In this document: piece by piece, positions 38,865-48,685 of the stretch
Numbering within the stretch: position 1 is the stretch's first letter
Layout: every line of letters begins with the position of its first letter
NCBI GenBank assembly: GCA_965208575.1
Contig: CBDBOV010000001.1
Coordinates: forward strand, 416,001-480,000
Reading direction: 5' to 3'
Origin: Spirochaetia bacterium
GTDB lineage: Bacteria; Spirochaetota; Spirochaetia; SZUA-6; Bin103
Length of the DNA stretch: 64,000 nucleotides
Notes under the pieces: model-generated
Databases searched by the model: none
What the model was told of the DNA's origin: nothing
The model's input: the letters and a program-made list of their open reading frames with translations, nothing else
Position numbers and translations under genes: made by a program

Positions 38865-40202
38865 CTACGCGGCACCGGCGCGCCCCGCTACCGCCACCGC
38901 CCCGGCGGTGGCGCGGCGCAGGCTGTCGATGCCGCGCGCCACCAGCTCCGGCGGCGTGTCGGCGGCGCACGGCACCACCGGCATGCCGGCGTGCTGCAGG
39001 CTGCGCAGCCGTTCGTCCAGCTCCAGCCGCCACAGCGAGGCGGCCGCGGAGCTCAGCAGGCGGCCGCGCGCGTCGCGCCGATGGCGCCGCTCCGCCTCCT
39101 CGGCCGCCGCCGCGGCATCGAGCGCTACCAGCACCACGTTGAAGCCGCGCGCGTGCAGGTCGCCGGCCGCGAACGCGAAGCGCGCGTCGATGAGGCCGGA
39201 GATGGCGATGATGAACGCCCGCGCCGGCAGGATGCGAGTCGGAATGGTGCGCAGGTCCTGGCCCACGTAGCTGCGCCGCACCGCGACGTCGGTGAGGTTC
39301 TCCAGCAACCGGTAGCGCTGCCGGTGGCCGCTCGCCGGGATCACCCACTTCAGGATGCCGCTCAGCTCGATCAGCCCGACCCGGTTGCGGGTGGCCAGAA
39401 AGTGGTCGGCGAGGCTGGCGGCGATGCGCGTGGCGGTGTCGAGCAGCCGCGCCCCCGGCGGCCCCGCGTCGGCGAACGTGTCGAGCAGCAGCACGACGTC
39501 GGCGTTGCGCTCCGGCGCGAAGTCGTTGACGTGCAGGGTGCCCATGCGCAGCGACGCACGCCAGTTGATGCTGCGCAGCCGGTCGCCGGGCACGTGCGGG
39601 CGCAGCTCGGCGATCTCCAGGCCCTCGCCGATGGTCGGCGCCGGGTAGTTGCCCATGTATACCTGGGTGCGCACGGGCCGCACCGGGTGGCCGATCGGGG
39701 TAGTGAGCGGACGCACGGTAAGCTCGTGGCGCGGCGCCTCGGTCGACTCCCAGCGCACCAGGGCGGAGGCGTCGTGCCAGCGCTGTTGCAGGCCGCCGAG
39801 GGCGAGGCGGGCGCGGCGGTGGAACTGCACCCGGTAGTGGAACCGCTCGCCTGTGCCGGCGTACAGCGGCCGCACGATGCGGTTGCTGCCGGTGGTCACC
39901 TCGGCCCACGCCGGCAGCGGATCGACCAGCTCCAGCACGCCCACGTCGGCGTCCGGCAGCACCTCGATATGCACGTCCACCGGCTCGTCCTCGTGCACCG
40001 CACCCTGGGTCACCTCGTAGCGGGTGCGGGCGCGCGGGGCGCCCTCGCTGAACAAGGCGGTCAGGATCGCCGCCGCGAACGGCGCCACCGCCACCAGCGG
40101 CTCCAGGCGTCCGATGATCACCGCCGCCAGCACGGCGCAGGTGGTGATGATGAAGTACAGGGTGAGGCGCCCGCTGTAGCGCTTCACCGGCGCCTGGCTC
40201 AC
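38865..40202 (-). CDS. DUF58 domain protein (MoxR-associated, vWA-like)
   Basis: GEGLEIAELRPHVPGDRLRSINWRAS, VVLLLD; N-terminal TMs. Confidence 0.88.
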   Translation of the reverse strand: MSQAPVKRYSGRLTLYFIITTCAVLAAVIIGRLEPLVAVAPFAAAILTALFSEGAPRARTRYEVTQGAVHEDEPVDVHIEVLPDADVGVLELVDPLPAWAEVTTGSNRIVRPLYAGTGERFHYRVQFHRRARLALGGLQQRWHDASALVRWESTEAPRHELTVRPLTTPIGHPVRPVRTQVYMGNYPAPTIGEGLEIAELRPHVPGDRLRSINWRASLRMGTLHVNDFAPERNADVVLLLDTFADAGPPGARLLDTATRIAASLADHFLATRNRVGLIELSGILKWVIPASGHRQRYRLLENLTDVAVRRSYVGQDLRTIPTRILPARAFIIAISGLIDARFAFAAGDLHARGFNVVLVALDAAAAAEEAERRHRRDARGRLLSSAAASLWRLELDERLRSLQHAGMPVVPCAADTPPELVARGIDSLRRATAGAVAVAGRAGAA

Positions 40203-40744
40203 GGCAGGTCCGCCAGCTTGCGGGCCACGGCGGCCAGTGCCACGGCGGTCGCGCGCCGCTCCCCGAGCAGCCAGGCCAACCATCGGTTCCGGTCGCGCGC
40301 CGCGGCCGCCAGCCGCTGCAGTTCGGCGCCCACCTCGACCGCGGCCGGACCCGGCTGCTTGCCGGCCAGGATCTGCTCCAGCCGCGGCACCACCACCGAG
40401 TTCAGGTAGGAGGGGCTGCGCGATGCGGCGTCGAGCTGGTGGAGCAGCTCCTGGTACGAGTCGGGAGGACCGCCGCTCGCGGCGGCCGTACCCGGCCTCG
40501 CCGCATCGGCGTCGTTCTCGCCGTCCGCGCGGCGTTGCTCGCGGACCGTGCGATGAGCGAAGCGAATGGTGATGCCCACGATGGTCAGGGCGACGACGCC
40601 GGCTACGGCGGTGGTGCGCAGCGTGGGGTCGTCGCCGGCGGTGAGCGCCCACACCAGCAGGCCGGCGGCGGCGACCAGCAGCGCGATGGCACTGCGCCGT
40701 CCGTAGGGACGCGGTTTCAGATCCTGCTTGGAGTAGTCGCTCAT
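40199..40744 (-). CDS. Hypothetical 2-TM protein of the MoxR/DUF58 cluster
   Basis: 4-bp overlaps with both neighbours; two N-terminal TMs. Confidence 0.7.
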   Translation of the reverse strand: MSDYSKQDLKPRPYGRRSAIALLVAAAGLLVWALTAGDDPTLRTTAVAGVVALTIVGITIRFAHRTVREQRRADGENDADAARPGTAAASGGPPDSYQELLHQLDAASRSPSYLNSVVVPRLEQILAGKQPGPAAVEVGAELQRLAAAARDRNRWLAWLLGERRATAVALAAVARKLADLP

Positions 40745-41739
40745 GCCGCCCTCAGTCGGCCGCGAATGTCGTGCAGGCAGCGCAGCGCGGTGTCGCGGTC
40801 GCCGCGCGAAATGGCGTGTTCGGAAAAGCGCGCCACCTCGTAGCGGGTAGCGAGCTCAAGGAGGGCACGCGCCGGCAGCGCCGGCAGGTCGAGCACCAGG
40901 GCGCGTATGAACTCCAGCGGCGTCTGGTGCGCTTCGCGCGGGTGCTCGTTGCGCGCCAGCGCCATCTCCAGGTATGCCCAGCAGCCGATCACGGCACGCC
41001 GGAAGTCCTGCTCGGCCTCCAGCTCCGCGATCGCCAGCTCGGTGGCCTCCGCCAGGTCACGGCGCAACTCCTCGGACAGCTTCTCGTCGACCGGCTCCGC
41101 CTCCGGCGTGGCACGCATCAGGCGCACGGCGAAGTAGATCGCCGCGGCGAAGCCCACCGCCAGCAGGCCCAGCAGGATAATCCGCGATCGCCGGGCGCGG
41201 GTGGCCGCGGAGAGCGGATCTTCCAACGGCTCCGGCAACTCCTCGAGTTCCTCCTCTTCGACCTCCTCGCCGTCGCCCTCCCCCAGCGGCAGCCGCTGCT
41301 CCGCTTCTTCGGGCACCGCGATGAACGACAGCAACAGCGCAACCAGGAAGTAGAACACCAGCATGCCGGCCACCATCAAGATGATGATGCGCCACGGCAG
41401 CGCGCTGCCGCGCTTGTAGCGGTTGCGGTTGGCGCCGAGGACGACGAGCAGGTACGCCATGGCCAGCGCGCCGAGACCGAGCGTCGCCACGCCGAGCAGG
41501 ATCACCAGCAGGGAGGTGGCGGCGCCGCCCAGGTAAGGAATCATGGCGATGCCGTCGGCGCCGGAGGTGGTGGCCGGAGCAAGCCGTTCGCTGCGCGGCA
41601 GCACGGTCACCGCGACCAACAGCGCGGCGCAGGTCAGCAGGGCCGCCGCCGCCAGCGGCAGGATCCGCCGCCGCCCGACCTGCGGGCCGACCAGCGGCAG
41701 CGAGCGGGCGTAGCGCAGCAACTGGTCCACGGTGATCAT
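40741..41739 (-). CDS. DUF4129 domain membrane protein
   Basis: RRAVIGCWAYLE, REAHQTPLEF, YEVARFSEH. Confidence 0.85.
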   Translation of the reverse strand: MITVDQLLRYARSLPLVGPQVGRRRILPLAAAALLTCAALLVAVTVLPRSERLAPATTSGADGIAMIPYLGGAATSLLVILLGVATLGLGALAMAYLLVVLGANRNRYKRGSALPWRIIILMVAGMLVFYFLVALLLSFIAVPEEAEQRLPLGEGDGEEVEEEELEELPEPLEDPLSAATRARRSRIILLGLLAVGFAAAIYFAVRLMRATPEAEPVDEKLSEELRRDLAEATELAIAELEAEQDFRRAVIGCWAYLEMALARNEHPREAHQTPLEFIRALVLDLPALPARALLELATRYEVARFSEHAISRGDRDTALRCLHDIRGRLRAA

Positions 41740-41992
41740 GTACGCGCCGCCGGCGTGGTGGAACGGACCCGGTGCTCCATGCCGGGCGGCATTACAACAC
41801 ACGCCATCATCGGGAGTCAAAGGCGGCCATCGCCCGCCGCGACACCGTCCGTGGGCCGCACCGGCCGTACCACAGCACACCCCCAACGAATTTCATCTCC
41901 ACGGACGCATCTTCGACGAGCATGTTGACGGCTGCGCCGAGGAAGGTTAGGAACCGGGTGGAGTCTGCACGGTCAGTCCGTGACATGAAACG

Positions 41993-42956
41993 ATGAAAAC
42001 CGAAACACGGGCATCGCACGGCGGCCGACCCCTTCCCAGGAGCCGGCTCGCACTCCTGAACACGGGATTCGTCGCGCTAACATGCGTGGTTGGCCTGTTC
42101 GCCACGGCGACGCCGGCGCAGACCCAGGAGCGCGGGTCGCACGTCGTGCCGCCCGAAGGAGGGAGGCGGCTTACGTTCGCACAACTCCGCGACGGCCGCT
42201 ACCACCTGCCGCTACGCGGCAACGAGGAAGCCCCGATTCGCTTCCAAGAGGGGCAAGGCTCCGTCAGGTACGGCGAGGGCGCGACGCAGCAGGTACGTGC
42301 CGGACTGGCAGGAGACCTGGTGGCTTTCGGCGACCTCAACGGTGACTCCGCCGCCGATGCCGCGGTGGTCGTGTTCGTCGACCCGGGCGGTAGCGGCACG
42401 TTTATCCACCTGCTGGCGATTCTGGATCACCAGGGCACGCCGGTCCAGGCGGCGCGCGTATTCCTCGGTGACCGCGTGCGCGTGCAACGCCTCGCCATTT
42501 GGAGGGGTCGCATCTTCCTGTCGATGCTCGCCCACGGTCCGGACGACGGGTTGTGCTGCCCCTCTACCGAGACCATCCGCGCATTCACGTACCGGACCTC
42601 CGGTCGGCAGGTGCTGCCGGGCGGCCGGCTGGAGCCGGGTCAGCTACTGGTAGTCGAGTCACCGCTGCCGGGTGAGACGGTGGCGGCGGGCATCGAAGTC
42701 CGGGGCCGGACGAGCACGCAGCCGTCCGGCGATGGCCTGGCATACCTATCTCGGCGAACGCGGCACGTTCGCGAAGTCAATCACCATCCCGAGTACCCAC
42801 ACCGTGGGCGCGGTTCGCATCGAGGTCCGAGACGTCAGCGAAGCCGACGGCTCGCTGTTCACCAGCACCACGGTCCAGGTGTTTGTCATCGGCGGCCCAC
42901 GCCAGCAGCCGGTAGCCAGACAAGAAGCTCGCACCGGGCTCGCGGTTTCGTGGTAG
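41993..42956 (+). pseudogene. Secreted protein with C-terminal Gmad2-like Ig domain, frameshifted/deleted near 42750
   Basis: Signal peptide; FGDLNGD..DA, GGSGTF, LGDRVRV, CCPS; ESPLPG..IEVRG continues in another frame as LGERGTF...IEVRDVSEADGS. Confidence 0.65.
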
Positions 42957-43067
42957 GTTACGCGGGCGGCAGTCAGTGGATCGGCAGCGGCGCGTCCGGC
43001 ACGGCGGGCGCCGGCACGGTGGATCCGGGTTGCCGCGCGGGAGCTACAACCAACAGTGCTACAGACA

Positions 43068-44036
43068 ATGCATCTCCGGCAGGTGAGCGACCTGGCGCAG
43101 CGGGCGATCGACGCCGTGGCGCAGGTGATCGTGGGCAAGGACGAGGTACTAAGGCAGGTGCTGATGGGCATCCTGTCCGACGGCCACGTCCTGATTCAGG
43201 ACAACCCCGGTCTCGCCAAGACGCTGATCGCCCACTCGTTCGCCGAGGTGCTGGATATCGCGTACAGCCGCATCCAGTTCACCCCCGACCTGCTGCCCGG
43301 CGAAATCACCGGCGGCTACATCTACAACCAGCGCGAGGCGCAGTTCGAGTTCCGGCGCGGGCCGCTGTTCGCCAACCTGCTGCTCGGCGACGAGATCAAC
43401 CGCGCGACCCCGAAGACCCAGTCGGCGCTGCTGGAGGCGATGCAGGAGCGCCAGGTAACCGTGGAAGGGGAGCGCTTTGCGCTCGATCCGCCGTTCATCG
43501 TCATCGCTACCCAGAATCCGGTCGAGTTCGAAGGCACCTACCCGCTGCCGGAAGCGCAGCTCGACCGCTTCATCATGCGCACCAGCGTCGGCTACCCCGA
43601 CCCTGACCAGGAGCTGGAGATCCTGCTGCGTCGCCAGCGGCGCAAGCAGGACACCATGACCCTGCAGCCGGTGGTGTCCCACCAGGAGCTGCTGGCGATG
43701 CAGCGTGCCCTGGAGGAGGTGCACGTCGGCGAGGCGATCGGCAAGTACATCGTCGAGTTGGCGCGCGCCACCCGCGAGGACACGCGCACCGAGGTGGGCG
43801 CCTCGCCGCGCGGCGTGTTCGCGGTGTTCAAGCTGGCACGCGCGGCGGCCGTGCTCGACGACCGCGACTTCGTCACCCCCGAGGACGTGAAGGGCGTGGC
43901 CCGCATCGCCCTCGCCCACCGCCTGCTGCTGCAGCCGGAGTACTGGGTACGCGGCATCTCCGACGTATCGGTGGTAGACGACGCCTTAGGTTCGGTCCCC
44001 ACCCCCCAGGCCAACTACCGCGCCTCCGGTCGTTAA
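43068..44036 (+). CDS. MoxR family AAA+ ATPase
   Basis: GHVLIQDNPGLAKT, RIQFTPDLLP, DEINRATPKTQSALLEAM, ATQNPVEFEGTYPLPEAQLDRF, GASPRG. Confidence 0.95.
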   Translation: MHLRQVSDLAQRAIDAVAQVIVGKDEVLRQVLMGILSDGHVLIQDNPGLAKTLIAHSFAEVLDIAYSRIQFTPDLLPGEITGGYIYNQREAQFEFRRGPLFANLLLGDEINRATPKTQSALLEAMQERQVTVEGERFALDPPFIVIATQNPVEFEGTYPLPEAQLDRFIMRTSVGYPDPDQELEILLRRQRRKQDTMTLQPVVSHQELLAMQRALEEVHVGEAIGKYIVELARATREDTRTEVGASPRGVFAVFKLARAAAVLDDRDFVTPEDVKGVARIALAHRLLLQPEYWVRGISDVSVVDDALGSVPTPQANYRASGR

Positions 44037-44806
44037 GCGTCCGACGGCGCCCCGACACTGCCGTCCGCCGGGCCGAAGAACTCGTAGTCTTGGGAGGCTT
44101 CGATGCGGACCGGGACCAGGGCGGCGTCGGCGAGCGCCTGGCGGACGATGGTGCGGTTGAACAGGCCGGTGTAGGGTGAGGTGAAGTACTCGTCGACCGG
44201 CATCCAGCGGCACTCTTCGATTTCGCGCGGGTCGGCGCGCAGTTCGCTGGTCAGCGGGCGCAGCCGGCACACGATGTAGAAGTCGGAGCGCCCGAATCGG
44301 AACTGGTGGCGGTGGCGGATCGACACCACGCCCTGGAACGCGCACCGCACCCCGGTCTCCTCGGCCACTTCACGCACCACCGCCTCGGCCAGGTCTTCCT
44401 GCGGATCGAGCGAGCCGCCGGGCAGCTTGTAGTACGGTTTGCTGCGGTCGTGCCGGTAGCGCTCGTTGACCACCAGGAGGCGGCGCCGGTCGTCGATCAC
44501 CACCCCGCCGCCGCCGACGTTGTGGGTGGCGTAGTGCGGGATGGAGGCCTCCGCCTCCAGTTGCAGGGTCATCATCAGCATGCCCGGCTCGGCGTGGTGG
44601 AAGGCAAACCCGACGGAGACCGCGATCGGCACCAGGGCGGCGGCGTAGTGCGGCAGCTCCAGCCACACCAGCCGGCAGCCGGATTCGCGCCACGCCGTCA
44701 GGCTGTTGTCGAGCCGCTCCGCGAACTGCTCCGGTTCGTGCGGCAGTTGCTCCGGGTCGACGATGAAGCCGCCATACATGTTGGTGTTGCCCGCCAGTGT
44801 GTCCAC
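44033..44806 (-). CDS. NUDIX hydrolase (Nudt6-like, pre-Nudix domain)
   Basis: GFAFHHAE, IPHYATHNVG, KLPGGSLDPQEDLAEAVVREVAEETG. Confidence 0.9.
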   Translation of the reverse strand: MDTLAGNTNMYGGFIVDPEQLPHEPEQFAERLDNSLTAWRESGCRLVWLELPHYAAALVPIAVSVGFAFHHAEPGMLMMTLQLEAEASIPHYATHNVGGGGVVIDDRRRLLVVNERYRHDRSKPYYKLPGGSLDPQEDLAEAVVREVAEETGVRCAFQGVVSIRHRHQFRFGRSDFYIVCRLRPLTSELRADPREIEECRWMPVDEYFTSPYTGLFNRTIVRQALADAALVPVRIEASQDYEFFGPADGSVGAPSDA

Positions 44807-45119
44807 GGCGCGCAGTATGCCCGCTACCGGCGGCGGTGTGCCATGCATGGAGCACTGCGCCGCCGCCACAGTAGGATGGCCGGCGAGGAGGCAGGACTAT
44901 CCCACGCTACCGAGTCGCAGGCGGCCAGTCGCGATCTGAGGCGGGGAGTGAAGCACGCCCGGAGCCTTCGCCGGCGTCCGGCGCCGCCCGCCCGCGGCAA
45001 TAGACCAGGGAGCACGCCCGTCGGTGCATGACACCGCCGCCGCACCGACCATCCGCAACAGGGGCAAGGCGATTGACGGCGATTGACGCAGCGCGCGGGC
45101 CGCCGGTTCAATGCGGAGC

Positions 45120-46178
45120 GTGGACGTCGCCAACCCCATCTACGACGTGGTGTTCAAGTACCTGATGCAGAACGACCGCGTCGCCCGCCTGCTGATCGGC
45201 AGGATCACCGGCCTCGCGGTGCAGTCGCTCACCGTCAGCCCGCAGGAGAGCGCCGTGCGCCGCACTCCCGAAGACCCGGAGCGCGTCCAGCCGCTGACGC
45301 TGCTGCGCATGGACTTCGCCGCCCGCGTGCGCACTGCCGACGGCGGCGAGCGGCAGGTGCTGATCGAGATTCAGAAGACCAGCGCGCCGACCGTGATCGA
45401 GCGCTTCCGGCGCTACCTGGGCCAGCAGATCGGCAGCGGCAACAACATCCTCACCCATCCGTCGGGCCGCACCGAGGCGGTGCCGATCGTGACCATCTAC
45501 TTCCTGGGCTACGCCCTGGATGACCTGTCGGACGAGGCGGTGATCGACGTGTGCCCGCAGGTAACCGAGCGGCGCACGGGGCGGGAGCTTGCGGCGAGCC
45601 ATCCGCTGGTGGAGGGGATCCATCACCGCAGCCACATCATCCAGATACCGCGGCTGGCGAGCCGGCGGCGGGACGAGTTGGAGCGGCTGCTGGCGATCTT
45701 CGACCAGGGCTTGGTGAAAGGCAACGGGCGGGGTGACGCGCATGTGCTGACGATCGAAGAAGGGGAGTATCCGGCGGAGTGCGCCTTCGTGCTGCGGCAG
45801 TTGCGGGAGGCGATGGCGGAAGAAGAGGTGCGGCGCGACATGGAGGGAGAGGACCTGCTGTTGCGAGACTCGATGCTGCTGGCGCGGCAGGTGGAGCATC
45901 GCGACCGCCTTATAGCACAGGAGCGGCAGCGGGCGCAGCAGGAGCGGGAGCAGGCGCAGCAGGAGCGGGAGCGGGCGCAGCAGGAGCGGGAGCGGGCGCA
46001 GCGAGCGGAACGGGCGCAACAGCAGGCGGAACGGGCACAGCAGCAGGCGGAGCAGGAGCGGCGCCTGCTGCTCGCGCAGGCGATCCGCCGCCTGCATGGC
46101 CTGGGACAGGATGCCGAGGCGATCGCCGCGGCGCTGGCGGTGGATGCGGACGAGGTGCGGCGAGTCCTGTCGGAGTGA
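45120..46178 (+). CDS. Rpn-like PD-(D/E)XK nuclease-family protein with repetitive coiled-coil tail
   Basis: ANPIYDVVFKYLM, RMDFAA...VLIEIQK, RFRRYLG; QQERERA repeats; C-terminal HTH-like (EAIAAALAV); GTG 45120 preferred over ATG 45111. Confidence 0.78.
   Translation: MDVANPIYDVVFKYLMQNDRVARLLIGRITGLAVQSLTVSPQESAVRRTPEDPERVQPLTLLRMDFAARVRTADGGERQVLIEIQKTSAPTVIERFRRYLGQQIGSGNNILTHPSGRTEAVPIVTIYFLGYALDDLSDEAVIDVCPQVTERRTGRELAASHPLVEGIHHRSHIIQIPRLASRRRDELERLLAIFDQGLVKGNGRGDAHVLTIEEGEYPAECAFVLRQLREAMAEEEVRRDMEGEDLLLRDSMLLARQVEHRDRLIAQERQRAQQEREQAQQERERAQQERERAQRAERAQQQAERAQQQAEQERRLLLAQAIRRLHGLGQDAEAIAAALAVDADEVRRVLSE
45918..46060 (+). repeat. Intragenic ~21-bp tandem repeats encoding QQERERA heptads
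   Basis: CAGGAGCGGGAGCGGGCGCAG units and degenerate derivatives. Confidence 0.85.
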
Positions 46179-46428
46179 CGGCCGTGCGTAGGCGGGGGAC
46201 TGAGGCCCGACGAATTCGCCGTCACGAACTTGCTTGCTCACCGAGTCGGCGCTTGTCCCTCCATCACGTCCGTCAGCATGGGATCGCCCTGGCGAGGAGG
46301 GAGCGGCGATTGACAAGTCAGACGCAATTGAACCTTGACCAAGTCGACCGGAACCCGGTTACAGGCGTTCCCCGCTCGCCGGCACGCCGGCACGGTTGGC
46401 ACGGCCTCGGTGCAGCCTCGGAGGCGAT

Positions 46429-47721
46429 ATGAGTCGGACAGCAGGCGGGGCGCCCACGCCGGCAGGATCGGCCGAGCCGGACGTTCTGGTGATCGGCGGC
46501 GGCATCATCGGCGTGTGCACGGCGTACTACCTGGCGCGCGGCGGCGCGGCGGTCACGCTGCTGGAGGAACACCAGGTTGGCGGTCCGATGGCCAGTTCGT
46601 ACGGCAACATCGGGCTGCTGGTGCCGAGCCACTCCACGCCGGTGGCAGAGCCGGGCGTGATCGGCCGTGGACTGCGCTGGCTGTTCAATCCCGACAGCCC
46701 GCTGTACATCAGGCCGCGCCCGGACGCCAACCTGGTGCGCTGGCTGCTGCGCTTCCGCGCCGCCTGCACGGCCGAGCGCTGCGCGGCCGCCGAGCCGATC
46801 CTGCGCCGCTGGCAGATGGCGAGCCTCGAACTGTTCGCGGAGCTGGCTGCCGAGCTGCCGCCGGAGGTCAACTTCGAGCACAAGGGCGGCCTGTTCCTGT
46901 ACCGCGAGGAACCAAGCTGGGAAGAGGCGGTGGCGGCGGTGCGCGCCGAGCAGGACGAGGGCATTGATGTCGCCGTGGTGGAGCCGGCCGAGGTGCGAGC
47001 CCTGGTCCCGGGTCTGCTGCCGTCGGTGATCGGCGCCGTGCACTACCGCGGCGACGGGCGCATCATCCCCGACCGCTTCGTGCGTGCCATGGCCGCCGCC
47101 GCCGCCGAGCGCGGCGCCATGATCCACGAGCACGCCACCGTGTTCGGCCTGGAACGCCGCGGCCGCGCCGTGCATGCCGTGCATACCAGCCTCGGCACCA
47201 TGCAGCCGCGCACGGTGGTGCTCGCCACCGGCTCGGTGAGCCCGCGCCTCGGGCGCGACGCCGGGCTGCGCATCCCGGTGCAGCCGGCCAAGGGCTACAG
47301 CATCACCGTGCGGCGCCCGCCGGCCTGCCCCGACATACCCCTGCACCTGCACGACGAACGCGTGGTGATCACCCCGTTCGGGCCCGACCGCATGCGCATG
47401 GGCGGCACCCTGGAACTGGCCGGCGACGACCGCAGCGTCAACCTGCGCCGGGTGGCCGCCGTGCGCCGCGCCCCGCCGCGCTACCTGGAAGGCGTGGACG
47501 AACTGGAAGTGCTGGAGATCTGGCGCGGCATGCGCCCGCTGTCCGCCGACACGCTGCCGATCCTGGGCCGCGCACGGGGCGTCGACAACCTGGTGCTGGC
47601 CACCGGCCACGGCATGATCGGCGTCTCCCTCGCCCCCGCCACCGGCCGCGCCGCCGCCGAAGCCGTGCTCGGCGAGCCGCCAACCCTCGACCCCGCCCTG
47701 TTCCGCGCCGACCGCTTCTGA
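46429..47721 (+). CDS. FAD-dependent D-amino acid dehydrogenase (DadA-like)
   Basis: IGGGIIG, ASSYGNIG, QPAKGYSIT, WRGMRP, LATGHGMIG; GGAGG RBS. Confidence 0.9.
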   Translation: MSRTAGGAPTPAGSAEPDVLVIGGGIIGVCTAYYLARGGAAVTLLEEHQVGGPMASSYGNIGLLVPSHSTPVAEPGVIGRGLRWLFNPDSPLYIRPRPDANLVRWLLRFRAACTAERCAAAEPILRRWQMASLELFAELAAELPPEVNFEHKGGLFLYREEPSWEEAVAAVRAEQDEGIDVAVVEPAEVRALVPGLLPSVIGAVHYRGDGRIIPDRFVRAMAAAAAERGAMIHEHATVFGLERRGRAVHAVHTSLGTMQPRTVVLATGSVSPRLGRDAGLRIPVQPAKGYSITVRRPPACPDIPLHLHDERVVITPFGPDRMRMGGTLELAGDDRSVNLRRVAAVRRAPPRYLEGVDELEVLEIWRGMRPLSADTLPILGRARGVDNLVLATGHGMIGVSLAPATGRAAAEAVLGEPPTLDPALFRADRF

Positions 47722-47797
47722 AAGCCGTCGCGAGTTGTCTTAACCGGCTGACGCCGCGAGGTCCCACCCGGCATGGACGGTGCTTCCATTTGGTGTG

Positions 47798-48163
47798 GCC
47801 TACGTTGAGCCACACGGTGCCGTCGTCGGTGAGTACGCGGTGGAGCTTCTCGAACACCTCCACGATGCTCTGCAGGTAGTGGTTGAGTGGATCGTCGCGA
47901 CCGATCTGCCGGTCCATCTCGTAGTCGCGAAGAGACCAGTACGGCGGCGACGTGACCACCGTCTGGATGCTCTGCGCGGGGAGCAGTTCCATCGCCTCGC
48001 TCGCACACCCACACATGAGCACCGAGCGGTCCAGGGCAACGGATGGGCGTGGATCGGTGGTGTTGATGCGCACATGGGAGGCACCGCCAGGACGCTCGGC
48101 GGCGATAGCCGAGGCGGCCGGTGCGTGTGCGGTGATATTGGGACGGACCGCGGTCTTGCTCAT
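47798..48163 (-). pseudogene. Truncated N4-C/N6-A DNA methyltransferase (beta class, N-terminal part only)
   Basis: SIQTVVTSPPYWSLRDY, QIG, VFEKLHRVLTDDGTVWLNVG, then similarity breaks; no SAM-binding DPF.GSGT motif. Confidence 0.82.
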
Positions 48164-48250
48164 GGATCACCGGCCCGGTGGCTCGCCGCTGACAGGCTCA
48201 TCGCTCTCTGGGCTCATACTAATGGGTTGATGGCTCCTTGTCCGTGGCGC

Positions 48251-48279
48251 TTGACGGGCGGGGGCGGGGGCAGGACCAT
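48251..48279 (+). promoter_or_regulatory. Sigma70-type promoter, leaderless arrangement, for the cupin gene
   Basis: TTGACG-17 bp-GACCAT, 7 nt before ATG 48287; no SD. Confidence 0.5.
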
Positions 48280-48286
48280 CGGTAGC

Positions 48287-48685
48287 ATGGAATTGCTTGC
48301 CGCCGCCGGCCGCGCCACCGAGGACGCGGAGGCGGATCACTTCACGGGCGCCGCCACCATGCAGCGCTTTCTCGGCTCGGATCCGGAGTCCGCCGGGCGG
48401 GTGTACCGGGTGGCGTTCGAGCCCGGCGCCGGCACCAACTGGCATACTCACAGCGACGTGCAGATCCTGTACGTGGTGGAGGGGCGCTGCGCAATACAGA
48501 CCTGGGGCGGCGCCGTGGAGGTGGCGGAAGCCGGCGACGTGGTGCGTTTCGCGCCGGGTGAGAAGCACTGGCACGGCGCCACCGCGGACGCACCGATGAC
48601 CCACATCGCCATCAACCTCGGCGAATCCACCGAGTGGCTGGAGCCGGTCACCTCGAGCAGCCGGATGCGCTCGTACGGCCCCTGA
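48287..48685 (+). CDS. Cupin domain protein
   Basis: FEPGAGTNWHTH..QILYV..G, GDVVRFAPGEKHWHGA, MTHIAI, WLEPVT. Confidence 0.9.
   Translation: MELLAAAGRATEDAEADHFTGAATMQRFLGSDPESAGRVYRVAFEPGAGTNWHTHSDVQILYVVEGRCAIQTWGGAVEVAEAGDVVRFAPGEKHWHGATADAPMTHIAINLGESTEWLEPVTSSSRMRSYGP

Noticed and set aside
45918-46060. Repeat array as CRISPR or DGR variable region
   Set aside because: In-frame coding heptads with no spacers, no reverse transcriptase and no A-specific TR/VR pair
47438-48163. Full-length 241-aa DNA methyltransferase or intact R-M system
   Set aside because: Similarity ends at WLNVG; the rest is read-through antisense to the dadA-like gene, with no SAM-binding motif and no endonuclease partner
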